DNA from: Bacillota bacterium
GTDB taxonomy: Bacteria; Bacillota; Clostridia; Peptostreptococcales; Anaerovoracaceae
Length of the DNA: 64,000 bases
Direction of reading: 5' to 3'
Assembly: GCA_019420305.1 (NCBI GenBank)
Contig: JAHZHL010000005.1
Coordinates: 13,480-77,479 of the forward strand
Shown here: one piece after another, positions 10,130 through 19,171 of the stretch
Layout of the letters: every line of letters starts with the position of its first letter
Numbering within the stretch: position 1 is the first letter of the stretch
The notes under the pieces: generated by a model
Databases searched by the model: none
Told to the model about the DNA's origin: nothing
The model's input: only the letters and a program-made list of their open reading frames with translations
Program-made: the position numbers and the translations under genes

Positions 10130-10996
10130 ATGAGCAAACCATTTATCAACTGGGAAGAACTGGCCAAGCTTGCCATGCCCGCGCCGCCTAAACGGGCGGA
10201 AGACTCTGGTGATAGAGGTCCTAAAAGGGGATATGGCGGTTGGGACAATCAGGCGGAATTTTATAACCGGATGGCGAAGATGGAAGCGGGATTCACGTTG
10301 AACCAGATTAACTGTTTTGATACTTCAAAGGAGGATACGGTTTTGGATGTAGGCTGCGGACCGGGAAGAATCACCGTGCCGATGGCAAAGCGTGCAAAAT
10401 CCGTTATGTCTTTGGACGCGTCTCCGAAGATGCTGGAATTCTGCGCGGCAAACGCCAGAGAAGCGGGGCTGGATAATGTAACGACGAAATTGTTCGACTG
10501 GGAAACAGAAGATATTTCCACCTTGGGAAAATTTGATATCGTCATTGCTTCCAGAACGGTCGCTCTGCAGGATCTGGCGCGGCTTTCCAGTCTGGCGAAA
10601 AAATATGTAGCGATTGTAATCTGGGCCCATGGATACCCAAGTATCCCCGGGATTGTCGGGAAGCTGTTTAAAGGAACCGAAGAAAGACCTATGCCGGAAC
10701 CGCCTCAGCATCGCGACAGAAGGCTGGGAAACAACTTGTGGTATAACCGGGTATATGACCTGGGGTTTGACCCGAATCTGAATATTGTGGAGGACGGATT
10801 TACCAGAACCTTTGAAAGCAGGCAGCAGGCTTATGAAGAACTGCGCAAACTCCAGCCGGAGCTTGCGGAAGAAAAACTCCCGATTTTTGAAAAGAATACC
10901 GATGAATTCCTGACAGAAAACCAGGATGGCAGCATTACCTTCCTGGCGAAAACAAAGAGTATCGTTCTCTGGTGGAAGCCGGAGGTACAGGAATAA
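10130..10996 (+). CDS. class I SAM-dependent methyltransferase
   Basis: SAM-binding motif I VLDVGCGPGRITVPMA followed by SLDASPKML. 288 aa. Substrate unknown. Confidence 0.8.
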   Translation: MSKPFINWEELAKLAMPAPPKRAEDSGDRGPKRGYGGWDNQAEFYNRMAKMEAGFTLNQINCFDTSKEDTVLDVGCGPGRITVPMAKRAKSVMSLDASPKMLEFCAANAREAGLDNVTTKLFDWETEDISTLGKFDIVIASRTVALQDLARLSSLAKKYVAIVIWAHGYPSIPGIVGKLFKGTEERPMPEPPQHRDRRLGNNLWYNRVYDLGFDPNLNIVEDGFTRTFESRQQAYEELRKLQPELAEEKLPIFEKNTDEFLTENQDGSITFLAKTKSIVLWWKPEVQE

Positions 10997-11004
10997 AGCG
11001 AAGT

Positions 11005-11046
11005 CCCGTTGGTGTGAAGAGCGCGTTACACCGATGGGATTTTTTA
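11005..11046 (+). terminator. rho-independent terminator
   Basis: cccgttggtgtga ... ttacaccgatggg stem with G-U pairs, followed by atttttt. Confidence 0.6.
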
Positions 11047-11329
11047 ATGAATTTTTATGGAAAATCTAGCTGTGGATGGTAATTCCGGAGCCGTTGCCTT
11101 AAGGGCATTAAGGATTGAAATTGAACTATAAAAATTATAGAAATTCGAAAGAAATAATGAGGGCAATTATAGTGGCTGAAAACGATGTTCACAGGGTGCG
11201 AAAAAAGAAAAAATGTGTATTTTTTTGAAGAATGTTTGTACGGAAACGTACAAAAAAAAGAAGTTATGTTAAAATAACAACGTTTAAAGGAAAAATTTAG
11301 ATACAATTTCTTGATAATGAGAATTTTTT

Positions 11330-11520
11330 AGAATTGCAGATAAAAATATTCCGAACGTGAACGCCTGCAGAGTGGAACTTATGGCCGAACGTCGATGGGT
11401 GATTCTGGAAACGGAGTCGCCTCCCGCATTTGGAAAGGAATCAGAAATACAAGCATAGCTAAGACGTTTAGCTCAGATATGCGATGCTCTGAAACAGGCT
11501 CTTTCACGAATACAGGGGAA
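11330..11520 (+). promoter_or_regulatory. structured 5' leader of unknown class ending in an intrinsic terminator (11489-11520)
   Basis: Long untranslated region before the ATG at 11556. It has a direct repeat CCGAACGT (11341 and 11374), the hairpins ggag-ucgc-cucc and agctaa-gacgt-ttagct, and a terminal stem ctctttc/ggaagag followed by TTTTTTT. Confidence 0.4.
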
Positions 11521-11555
11521 GAGTTTTTTTGTGTATTTAGGGGCGAGATAGAAAT

Positions 11556-13298
11556 ATGAAAATGGAGAAAAGAAAAGAATTAAAAAAACGGGCAGGCAGA
11601 GCGGGAGCTTTGCTGCTGATTTTTGTTATGCTGTTGGCCATGTCCGGGTGCAGGGAAAGTATGGTGATTCAGGAGATCATTTATGATCAGGCTTCCAAAG
11701 ATATTGACTTTCAGAATCAAATGAAGCTGGCGAAGAACAATGAAAACAGCCAGAAAAAAGATAAAACGCTGCCGAGGCAGAAAAATGACAAGACGGACAA
11801 GAAAGCGGATATCAAGCATCAGGCATCCAAAAAGGGAAAGAAAGATAATAATGGCGAAGCGCCGAATACAACACATAACCGCAATTCGAAAAATAATACG
11901 AAAAATGACAGCAATGGCACAAAACCGGGAAAAAGCGGAGAGAAGGAACAGGCTTCGGAGGATGACAGCAGCGCGGGGGCTTCCAACAATCCGAATGACA
12001 GGCAGATATACGACGGAAACGGAAATGTCGTTGATCTTCCGGAAGAGGTGAATTCTGTCGTAGTAACGGGAGACGCGGCTTCGCTGATCCAGATGATGGG
12101 AGGAAAAGATATTGTAAGTGGAAGCTCCAGTAGTTTTACGAATAATTCTTTGGCTCAAGAAGTATTCGGATTGAGCAATAAAACAAAAACGCTGTGGGAT
12201 GGAGATGGAGATACAGCAATGTCTTCTTCGAATTTTAATCAGCTGCTGGCAATGAAACCGGACGTATGTGTGTATGTCAGCGGGCAAAATAGCTTCAGCG
12301 GAAGTCAGCTTGCCACATTGAAAAAGAAAAAGATTGCCTGTGTGGTGCTGCCAAGGTTCAATACAGCAGACAATATTCAGGATGCGGTGAATGTGGCGGC
12401 GGAGATGATCGGAGACCGCAGTGATGAAGACGGGGGAGTGAACGCGAAAGACAAAGCGGAAGAATATGAAAGGTACTGCAGAAATTTAGTATCCGAGGTA
12501 AAAGGAAAGACAGGACTTTTTACCTGGAATAATACGGATTTTAATAATGACTATGATAGCACAAAACAAAAGAAAACGGCAAACAGTACAGCGAAGGACG
12601 GACAGTATACGTTATATGTTTCACAGTGGGAAGACTGCACCTATAAAATTGCCAGTGGAAGCACAACTTTGTTTGAGGATTCCAGTGGAGTGGCAATCTC
12701 CCCGCAGGGATACTCAAACAGCCCCCTTAGTTATTACCTGAGTACAGCCGGAGTTTGCAATAATGGAGCCAGATTTATAGAAAACGCGAAGTCAGAGTAC
12801 GCGGTAACGCCATTTAATCGCAATGTATTTAAGCACACATCAAGCGGCAGCTATTCCTTTTATGGAAGTCAGACAGAAAGCTTCACAAGGGTAAAGAGCG
12901 GCAGTACAGACGTTGCTCTGGGAGACTCGGACTTCAAGGCAATTATTGTAGACAGCAAAGCTGCCAAAAATAAAATTGAGAATTCGGAAACATGGGATTT
13001 CCATGATCGGGTTAAAGTCGGAAATGTAACGGACTTTGGCATAGAGCGAAATGGGGAACTGATTAATTCCTATATTCGTTCTAATGACTGGGATATCTAT
13101 GTGAATCCGTGCGGGGTAGAAAGCTGGACAGAAGGATCTGTGGAATCCGTTCTGGAAACAAAGTGGGCCGCATGGAAATTCCATAATGGAAGCTTTAGCG
13201 AAACAGATGTGAAAAACGAGATCAAAGAGTTTTACAAGACCTTTTATAACTATGATTTAAGCAATAGCCAGACCAATATGATTCTGGCGGGAAATTAA
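11556..13298 (+). CDS. lipoprotein: class III (Fe-chelate / corrinoid type, Peripla_BP_2-like) substrate-binding protein on a long Lys/Asn-rich tether
   Basis: Signal peptide with lipobox LLAMSGC. About 115 aa are low-complexity K/N/D/S sequence. The binding-protein pattern follows: VVVTGDAASLIQMMGGKDIVSGS ... LLAMKPDVCVYVSG ... KKKKIACVVLPRFNTADNIQDAVNVAAEMIGD ... AEEYERYCRNLV. Confidence 0.7.
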   Translation: MKMEKRKELKKRAGRAGALLLIFVMLLAMSGCRESMVIQEIIYDQASKDIDFQNQMKLAKNNENSQKKDKTLPRQKNDKTDKKADIKHQASKKGKKDNNGEAPNTTHNRNSKNNTKNDSNGTKPGKSGEKEQASEDDSSAGASNNPNDRQIYDGNGNVVDLPEEVNSVVVTGDAASLIQMMGGKDIVSGSSSSFTNNSLAQEVFGLSNKTKTLWDGDGDTAMSSSNFNQLLAMKPDVCVYVSGQNSFSGSQLATLKKKKIACVVLPRFNTADNIQDAVNVAAEMIGDRSDEDGGVNAKDKAEEYERYCRNLVSEVKGKTGLFTWNNTDFNNDYDSTKQKKTANSTAKDGQYTLYVSQWEDCTYKIASGSTTLFEDSSGVAISPQGYSNSPLSYYLSTAGVCNNGARFIENAKSEYAVTPFNRNVFKHTSSGSYSFYGSQTESFTRVKSGSTDVALGDSDFKAIIVDSKAAKNKIENSETWDFHDRVKVGNVTDFGIERNGELINSYIRSNDWDIYVNPCGVESWTEGSVESVLETKWAAWKFHNGSFSETDVKNEIKEFYKTFYNYDLSNSQTNMILAGN

Positions 13299-13306
13299 AA
13301 GAAAGG

Positions 13307-16300
13307 ATGAAATCTATGCTCAAACAAGGCGGGAAAAAAATTGTTTGTATGGTTTTGGCGCTGACGTTGATTATAACAATGGCAGTGCCGGCGGTTGGAT
13401 TCGCGGAAAGCGAGGGAACTGTAATCTCTGTTTCGAAAGAAGAGGAATTGATAAAGGCAGTAGAAGATGCTTCTTCCGGCGATACGATTCAGTTGGAAAC
13501 GGATATCCAGCTAACGGATATTTTAGAGATTTCAGGAAAAGAAGATTTGACAATCAAAGGGAAAACAGGGAAGGAAAAGCTGACCATTTCCTTGAGTTCT
13601 TACAGCAGCGCGCAAAAAAGTGAAGAAGACGCCATGATCAGCGTAACAGATTCGGCGCTTGCGATAGCAGATTTGATCATGGATGGAGAGTCCCATATGA
13701 GGGTTCTGTACATTGGAGCAAAAGGCAATGTGAATTTGAACAGCGGAGCGGTTGTTACCGGCGGATGTCTTGGGAAAAGCGGACAAAATTACGGAGCCGG
13801 AATTCTACTGACGGGGAGAAACGCGACAAACGCAGCTTCTCTGACCTTGAATAATGGAGCGGAAGTAAAGGAAAACGATGCGAACGGAGGCTATTCGATA
13901 ACCGGAATCGGAATTTGTAACTATAGGTATGGGACGATCACCGTGAACGGAGGAACCGTGAGCGGCAATGAAGACAACGCGGAAGCCAATCGGCGTAAAT
14001 TCAGCTATGGAGGGGGAATCGCGCTTGTCGGGGCAAAAGCAAATCTGATTCTGAAAAGTGGTACCATTTCCGGAAATAGCGCGCAGGGCGGAGGCGGCGG
14101 AATTTATACAACTGCCTCAGCCGGTACGGATATCCGGATCGAAGGGGGCACAGTAAGCAATAACACAACTTATACTTCGGGGGCAGGTATTTATGTCGGA
14201 GCGGCAGAGGTGACAATGTCCGGCGGCGCTGTTTCCGGAAATACAGCCGAATCCGATGAAGCGGCAACCGTATACGCTTCCGGAGGCGGCGTATATGTAG
14301 CGGGCGGATCCGATTCTCAGGGAACGTTTACGCTGACCGGCGGTACGATCGAAGATAATGAGGCAAAGTCGACGGCTAAGAGCAATGCCAATGATCCACA
14401 GATTGGCCAGGGCGGCGGAGTGATGGCGGATGGTACGTTTTTGATGACCGGCGGTGTCATTTCCGGAAATTCGGCTGTTACCACCAATTCTCTGGAGGGG
14501 ACTGCCGCCTGTGGAGGCGGGGTCAGTGTAAAAGGCGGCTCCAATCCCGGCACCTTTACCATGGCAGGGGGTACCATTACGGATAATACAGCAGACAACC
14601 AGGGTGGAGCTGTATATGTGAATAATAAATATTTGGAGCAAAGTACAATGTATCCAACAGAAAGCGCTGTTTTGCATTCCGGGAACGGGAATTTCGAAAT
14701 CAGTGGCAATATAAAGATCACAGAGAATTTGGTATCCGGAAGTGAAAATAATATTTACCTTCCAACAGGTACGGTTATTACAATTCGCGATGAATTATCC
14801 CCACAGTCTGAAGTTTATTTGGGCAGTGAAGATACCGAAATGGGTACCGTGATTGGAGAAGCGGGGATCAATTATACGATCACCGCTGCGGACGCGCGGC
14901 TTCTCAAATCCAATGAAGGAAAAAATATTTATGACAGAAATTCAGCGGGACAAATCGTAATCTCTCAGGCGCAGCAGGACAGCTACATTGATTTGCAGGA
15001 TGCCGAAATTTCGGGAGTCGAGGAGGAATATTCCTATACAGGACATGAAATTGAGCCCAATCCGGTTGTTACTCTGAAAGGGACTGTGTTAAAAGAAGGG
15101 ACGGATTATACGGTTTCTTATAATATAAAGGGTTATGACAATGTGAATGTGAGTAATTCAGAAACAAAGGCCGTTTTAAGAGTGACAGGCGCGGGAGCGT
15201 ATACCGGAACAATCACGAAAACATTTGACATTGTACCGAAAAACATAGAAGAGATAAGAATTGAGCCGATCAGTGATCGCATTGCGACAGGTGAGGCGGT
15301 GACTCCTGCGGTAAAAGCCTATAACGAAGATGTGCTGATGACAGAAGGTACTGACTTTGAAGTAGTGTATCGTAATAATACGGCAGTGGGAACTGCGTCA
15401 GCAACAATCACAGGTATTAATAATTATACCGGAACAAAAGAGATAAGCTTTAAAATCATCAGTTCAGACGGATTGACAACCGCGGATTCAGAAGAGTCGC
15501 TTCAAACTGCGATTCAAGACGCGGAAGGGAGTGAAGGGTCTCCGGAAGCAATTTATCTTCTGAAAGATATATCCCTTTCTGAAACTCTGGAAATTGCGGA
15601 AGGAAAATCGATCCGGCTGGTCGGAAACGGAGATGATACGACCATTTCCACAGAGACATCATTGGACAACCTAATTGTGGCGGAAGGAAAAATGACGATC
15701 GAAAATATGATCCTGAATTCAAATACGAAGGGAAGAGGTCTTTTTGTAGGGAAAACAGGGATCGCGACGATTAGCAACAATACGGTTATAACAGGAGGAG
15801 TTTGCACAAGAGGTTCCAGTGATGAAGAATACTCAGGCGGAGCAATTTATAACAGTGGAACCGTACTCATCGAAGCAGGCGAGCTCTGCGGAAACAAAGC
15901 GAAAAATGGAGGAGCGGTTTATAATTCGCCAGATGCGACAATTACCATTCAGTCCGCGTCGATTCATGAAAATGAAGCGGTCTCCGCGGGCGGCGGACTT
16001 TATAATGAGGGAAACGCGGAACTGAAAAAAGATGGGGTTCTTTCCAATAATATTGCTTCCTATTCACAAGGTGTTTTCAGCGCCGCAGGGGGCGGAATTT
16101 ATAATAGCGGAGAGATGGCATGCGAAGAAGGAAGCGTGATAAAGGAAAATCAGGCTGAAAAATTCGGCGGCGGAATTTATACGACAGGGAAGTTAAGCCT
16201 GCTGGGCGGCAGTATTCAGGGGAATACCACGGAAGGCGATTCTGTAGAGCGAGTGATTAACTGCGGCGGGGGAGTTTTCGTAGCTTCCGGAACGTTTACC

Positions 16301-17935
16301 ATGACGGAAGGAACCATTACGGATAACACAGCGTACTCTACGGCGGCAACAAACACCCCTTATGGTTCTGTCGGAAATGGCGGCGGCGTTTATGTAAATA
16401 ACAGTAGTGACACGGCATCTTTTGTCATGGAAAGCGGAACGATCCGCGGAAACAGGGCGGTAAGCTCAATGGAGTCCGAATATTTTGGGCATGGAGGCGG
16501 TGTTTATGTTATGGGCGGTGAAAATACTTCCGGAAACGACAATGTAAAGCCAGGAAATTTCACAATGAAGGGAGGAACGATTACGGAGAACTCCTCAACC
16601 GGTGAAGGCGCTGGCGTTTATCTGGGGAACAAAGAACATTACACCATCTCTTACACCAATTATGACTACATCGGATCTGTAAACTGTTCGATGAGTGGAA
16701 ACGCGAATGTTTTGGAAAACGCAACAGATAATGTATATCTGACATCGGGCGTAGCCATCAAGCTGCTCGGTGCCTTAAACGGCCAGACGATCGGGGTTTC
16801 TTCCGGAGGCAAGGGGACGGTAGCGGTCGCGGAAGGCAGCGGCTATACGGTGACCGAATCGGATCAAAACAAATTTAAGAGCGATGAAGCGCTGCGCACA
16901 ATCGGGCTGGATAACGAAAACAACCAGATTGTTCTTCAAGCGATTGATTTGGCAGAGCGATACTCCGTTCAACTCAGCAGCGAAACCTATTCTTATACAG
17001 GAAGGGAAATTAAACCGGAGGTAGAAGTAACGGCGAAAGACGGAACAACGCTTAAAGAAGGCAAGGACTACGAAGTGGCGTATGACGGTTCCGGAACATC
17101 CAACAAAAAGCTGATCAATGTGGGAACGAAAACCGTCACTGTAACAGGCATTGGCAATTATACCGGCACCCTGACGAAAGAGTATGAAATTGCAGCCAGA
17201 AATATTGCGGAAGTATCGGCCTCAATAAGGGATCAGTACTATACCGGAGTGGTACTTACGCCGAACCCGTCCTCGATTACTTACAATTCGATAACCCTTT
17301 TAAGGGGGACGGACTATAAGATATCCTACTCGAATAACCGAAATCAGGGGACTGCCAAGGTGGTGCTTACCGGTGTCGGAAATTTCAGTGGAACCAAGAC
17401 CATTACCTTTAAAATTTTCAAAAGGATTTCGAATACAACAATTTCCGCGATAGCAAATAAAGCTTATACCGGAAGGGCAATCAGACCTGCTTTAACGGTA
17501 AGACATGGAAGCAGCAGGCTGAGAAGCGGTACGGATTATACTGTTCGCTATAAAAACAATGTTTCTACCGGAAAGGCAACGGTCACGATTACTGGAAAGG
17601 GATACTATAAAGGTACAAAAAGCAGAGCCTTTAAGATTGTACCCAGGAAGGCGACAGTTTCTAAGGTGCGTTCTGTGAAAAAAGGACAACTTGTCGTGAA
17701 ATGGAAACGGGATAAAAAAGCAAACGGATATCAGGTGATTGTCGCGAAAAATAAAAAATTCACAAAGGGAAAGAAAACGGCTAACATTACAAAAAATAAA
17801 ACAACTTCCAAAACCTTTAAAAAACTGACAAAAGGTAAGAAGTATTATGTGAAAGTAAGAGCTTATAAAAAAATTGACGGGAAGAAAGCGTACGGCGCTT
17901 ATAGCAAAGTAAAGAACAAAAAGGTAAAGAAGTAA
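13307..17935 (+). CDS. 1542-aa secreted protein with two right-handed beta-helix (Pmp-like GG[AG][IV]Y repeat) modules, multiple Ig-like repeats and a basic FN3-like C-terminus
   Basis: Signal peptide ...AVPAVGFAESEG. GGGIY/GGAVY/GGGVYV motifs recur. The Y(S/T)YTG..I.P...V....L.EG.DY.V.Y repeats end in TG.GNYTGT. The C-terminal segment is WKRD..ANGYQV...YYVKVRAYKK. No LPXTG motif or SLH repeats seen. Confidence 0.8.
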   Translation: MKSMLKQGGKKIVCMVLALTLIITMAVPAVGFAESEGTVISVSKEEELIKAVEDASSGDTIQLETDIQLTDILEISGKEDLTIKGKTGKEKLTISLSSYSSAQKSEEDAMISVTDSALAIADLIMDGESHMRVLYIGAKGNVNLNSGAVVTGGCLGKSGQNYGAGILLTGRNATNAASLTLNNGAEVKENDANGGYSITGIGICNYRYGTITVNGGTVSGNEDNAEANRRKFSYGGGIALVGAKANLILKSGTISGNSAQGGGGGIYTTASAGTDIRIEGGTVSNNTTYTSGAGIYVGAAEVTMSGGAVSGNTAESDEAATVYASGGGVYVAGGSDSQGTFTLTGGTIEDNEAKSTAKSNANDPQIGQGGGVMADGTFLMTGGVISGNSAVTTNSLEGTAACGGGVSVKGGSNPGTFTMAGGTITDNTADNQGGAVYVNNKYLEQSTMYPTESAVLHSGNGNFEISGNIKITENLVSGSENNIYLPTGTVITIRDELSPQSEVYLGSEDTEMGTVIGEAGINYTITAADARLLKSNEGKNIYDRNSAGQIVISQAQQDSYIDLQDAEISGVEEEYSYTGHEIEPNPVVTLKGTVLKEGTDYTVSYNIKGYDNVNVSNSETKAVLRVTGAGAYTGTITKTFDIVPKNIEEIRIEPISDRIATGEAVTPAVKAYNEDVLMTEGTDFEVVYRNNTAVGTASATITGINNYTGTKEISFKIISSDGLTTADSEESLQTAIQDAEGSEGSPEAIYLLKDISLSETLEIAEGKSIRLVGNGDDTTISTETSLDNLIVAEGKMTIENMILNSNTKGRGLFVGKTGIATISNNTVITGGVCTRGSSDEEYSGGAIYNSGTVLIEAGELCGNKAKNGGAVYNSPDATITIQSASIHENEAVSAGGGLYNEGNAELKKDGVLSNNIASYSQGVFSAAGGGIYNSGEMACEEGSVIKENQAEKFGGGIYTTGKLSLLGGSIQGNTTEGDSVERVINCGGGVFVASGTFTMTEGTITDNTAYSTAATNTPYGSVGNGGGVYVNNSSDTASFVMESGTIRGNRAVSSMESEYFGHGGGVYVMGGENTSGNDNVKPGNFTMKGGTITENSSTGEGAGVYLGNKEHYTISYTNYDYIGSVNCSMSGNANVLENATDNVYLTSGVAIKLLGALNGQTIGVSSGGKGTVAVAEGSGYTVTESDQNKFKSDEALRTIGLDNENNQIVLQAIDLAERYSVQLSSETYSYTGREIKPEVEVTAKDGTTLKEGKDYEVAYDGSGTSNKKLINVGTKTVTVTGIGNYTGTLTKEYEIAARNIAEVSASIRDQYYTGVVLTPNPSSITYNSITLLRGTDYKISYSNNRNQGTAKVVLTGVGNFSGTKTITFKIFKRISNTTISAIANKAYTGRAIRPALTVRHGSSRLRSGTDYTVRYKNNVSTGKATVTITGKGYYKGTKSRAFKIVPRKATVSKVRSVKKGQLVVKWKRDKKANGYQVIVAKNKKFTKGKKTANITKNKTTSKTFKKLTKGKKYYVKVRAYKKIDGKKAYGAYSKVKNKKVKK

Positions 17936-17938
17936 GAA

Positions 17939-19171
17939 GTGAGTACAGGCAAAAAACAGCAGTTACAGGAAGAGAATCATTCAAAAATACAAATGCATGT
18001 CCGGCCTGGAGAGGAAAATGTATTCCAAAAGGAGCAGCTCAGGCGGCATGGAATGGACAGCCGCAGTCGGATGTTGCTGCTGATGGCAGTTTCTGCGGCA
18101 GTGGTGTACTGCCTCTCCATCATTCTTCCTACAAACTTGTTCGCCCAGACCCAGATTCTGTCACTGGCCGAATGCCTGCAGCAGGTAAGGCTCAGAGTCA
18201 GCGGACTATTTCTGGCTCTGGGAGAAAGTGGAGCGCTTAGTACGCAGTATATTCTGTTCCGTTATGGAATCGTTGCGTTGGTAGGGGCGGCATTAGCGGT
18301 CAGCGGAGCAGTATATCAGGGTTCTTTTCGCAATGCGTTGGCATCTCCAACGACTCTGGGGGTGCAGTCAGGCGGTGTACTGGGAGGAACCATTTATGTG
18401 ATGTTCTTCGCCTCTTATACTTCGGAAAATCAGACTGCTTCTCAGATTCAGGAAGGTCTGGAATCTATGAGCATTTTCGCGAGAAATGCCAGAGGATTTG
18501 CCATTCTGGCGGGATGTTTCGCGGGAGTCTTTCTGATTATAACGATTTCTAAAATTGTAGGAAAGGGTAAAGTCTCCAGTATCGCGCTGATTCTTTCCGG
18601 ATCTGTTTTTGGTTCCCTAATCAGCGGAACGATTGAACTGGTACAGTACTATCTGTTGCTTCATGATACTTATGGGACAAAAACTTATGAGCTGCGTTAC
18701 TTGATGCTGGGGACATTCGATAATGTCATATCTCTGGAGGACTTTCTGATTGTAGCAATTCCGCTGCTTACTGGGATTATTGCGGTTATGGGAATGAGAA
18801 ACCGACTAAATCTTCTGGTGTTCGGAGAGGACGAAGCCCGCTCCATGGGGATACGGGTAGAGCTGACCCGTAATATCATGGTTGGGGTTGTGACGATTCT
18901 GACTGCGGTAGTAATTTCATTCTGCGGACAAATTGGATTTGTCGGATTTATTGTGCCTCACCTGGCGCGGCGATTTGTAGGACCGGACTTCCGTTATCTG
19001 GTACCGGGTTCTGCGCTGATGGGAGCGATTTGTATGATGGTCGTTTACTATATTGCTACGGTCATCGGATATTCTTCCAATATTAATTTTGTAACCAGCC
19101 TGGTTGGAGGCTCGATTTTCCTGATTATGATTGCGAGGTTCAGAAACAGACGATATGCAGATTGGGCTTAA
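17939..19171 (+). CDS. FecCD-family ABC permease (iron-chelate / corrinoid uptake type)
   Basis: Contains NALASPTTLGVQSGGVLGG and VFGEDEARSMGI motifs and is multi-TM. The start is uncertain: GTG 17939 as listed, or ATG 18053, which gives a more typical length. Confidence 0.85.
   Translation: MSTGKKQQLQEENHSKIQMHVRPGEENVFQKEQLRRHGMDSRSRMLLLMAVSAAVVYCLSIILPTNLFAQTQILSLAECLQQVRLRVSGLFLALGESGALSTQYILFRYGIVALVGAALAVSGAVYQGSFRNALASPTTLGVQSGGVLGGTIYVMFFASYTSENQTASQIQEGLESMSIFARNARGFAILAGCFAGVFLIITISKIVGKGKVSSIALILSGSVFGSLISGTIELVQYYLLLHDTYGTKTYELRYLMLGTFDNVISLEDFLIVAIPLLTGIIAVMGMRNRLNLLVFGEDEARSMGIRVELTRNIMVGVVTILTAVVISFCGQIGFVGFIVPHLARRFVGPDFRYLVPGSALMGAICMMVVYYIATVIGYSSNINFVTSLVGGSIFLIMIARFRNRRYADWA

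Noticed and set aside
11047-11330. Tiny ORFs (MNFYGKSSCGW, 11 aa; MRAIIVAENDVHRVRKKKKCVFF, 23 aa) and a tgtacg-gaaa-cgtaca hairpin in the AT-rich spacer.
   Set aside because: There are no convincing RBSs. The peptides have no recognisable class. The hairpin is followed by an A-run, so it is not a + strand terminator. The evidence is insufficient.
11380-11430. Possible cobalamin riboswitch core (GGGUGA...CCCGCA) in the operon leader.
   Set aside because: There is no B12 box (GCCACUG), no GGGAA-n-GGUG spacing and no AUGG/CCAU-type hairpin. The resemblance is too weak to call, so it is kept only as an unclassified leader.
11405-11430. Possible Moco/Tuco riboswitch (CCUCC...GGAAAGG), suggested by moeA lying downstream of the operon.
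   Set aside because: Only two short strings match my memory of the motif. The transporter is FecCD-type, not ModBC/TupBC, and moeA lies behind a terminator. Not supported without a covariance-model search.
11700-12000. Purine-rich, Lys/Asn-codon-rich stretch that looks like a tandem DNA repeat.
   Set aside because: I found no exact repeating unit or fixed period. It is compositional low complexity encoding the disordered tether of the lipoprotein.
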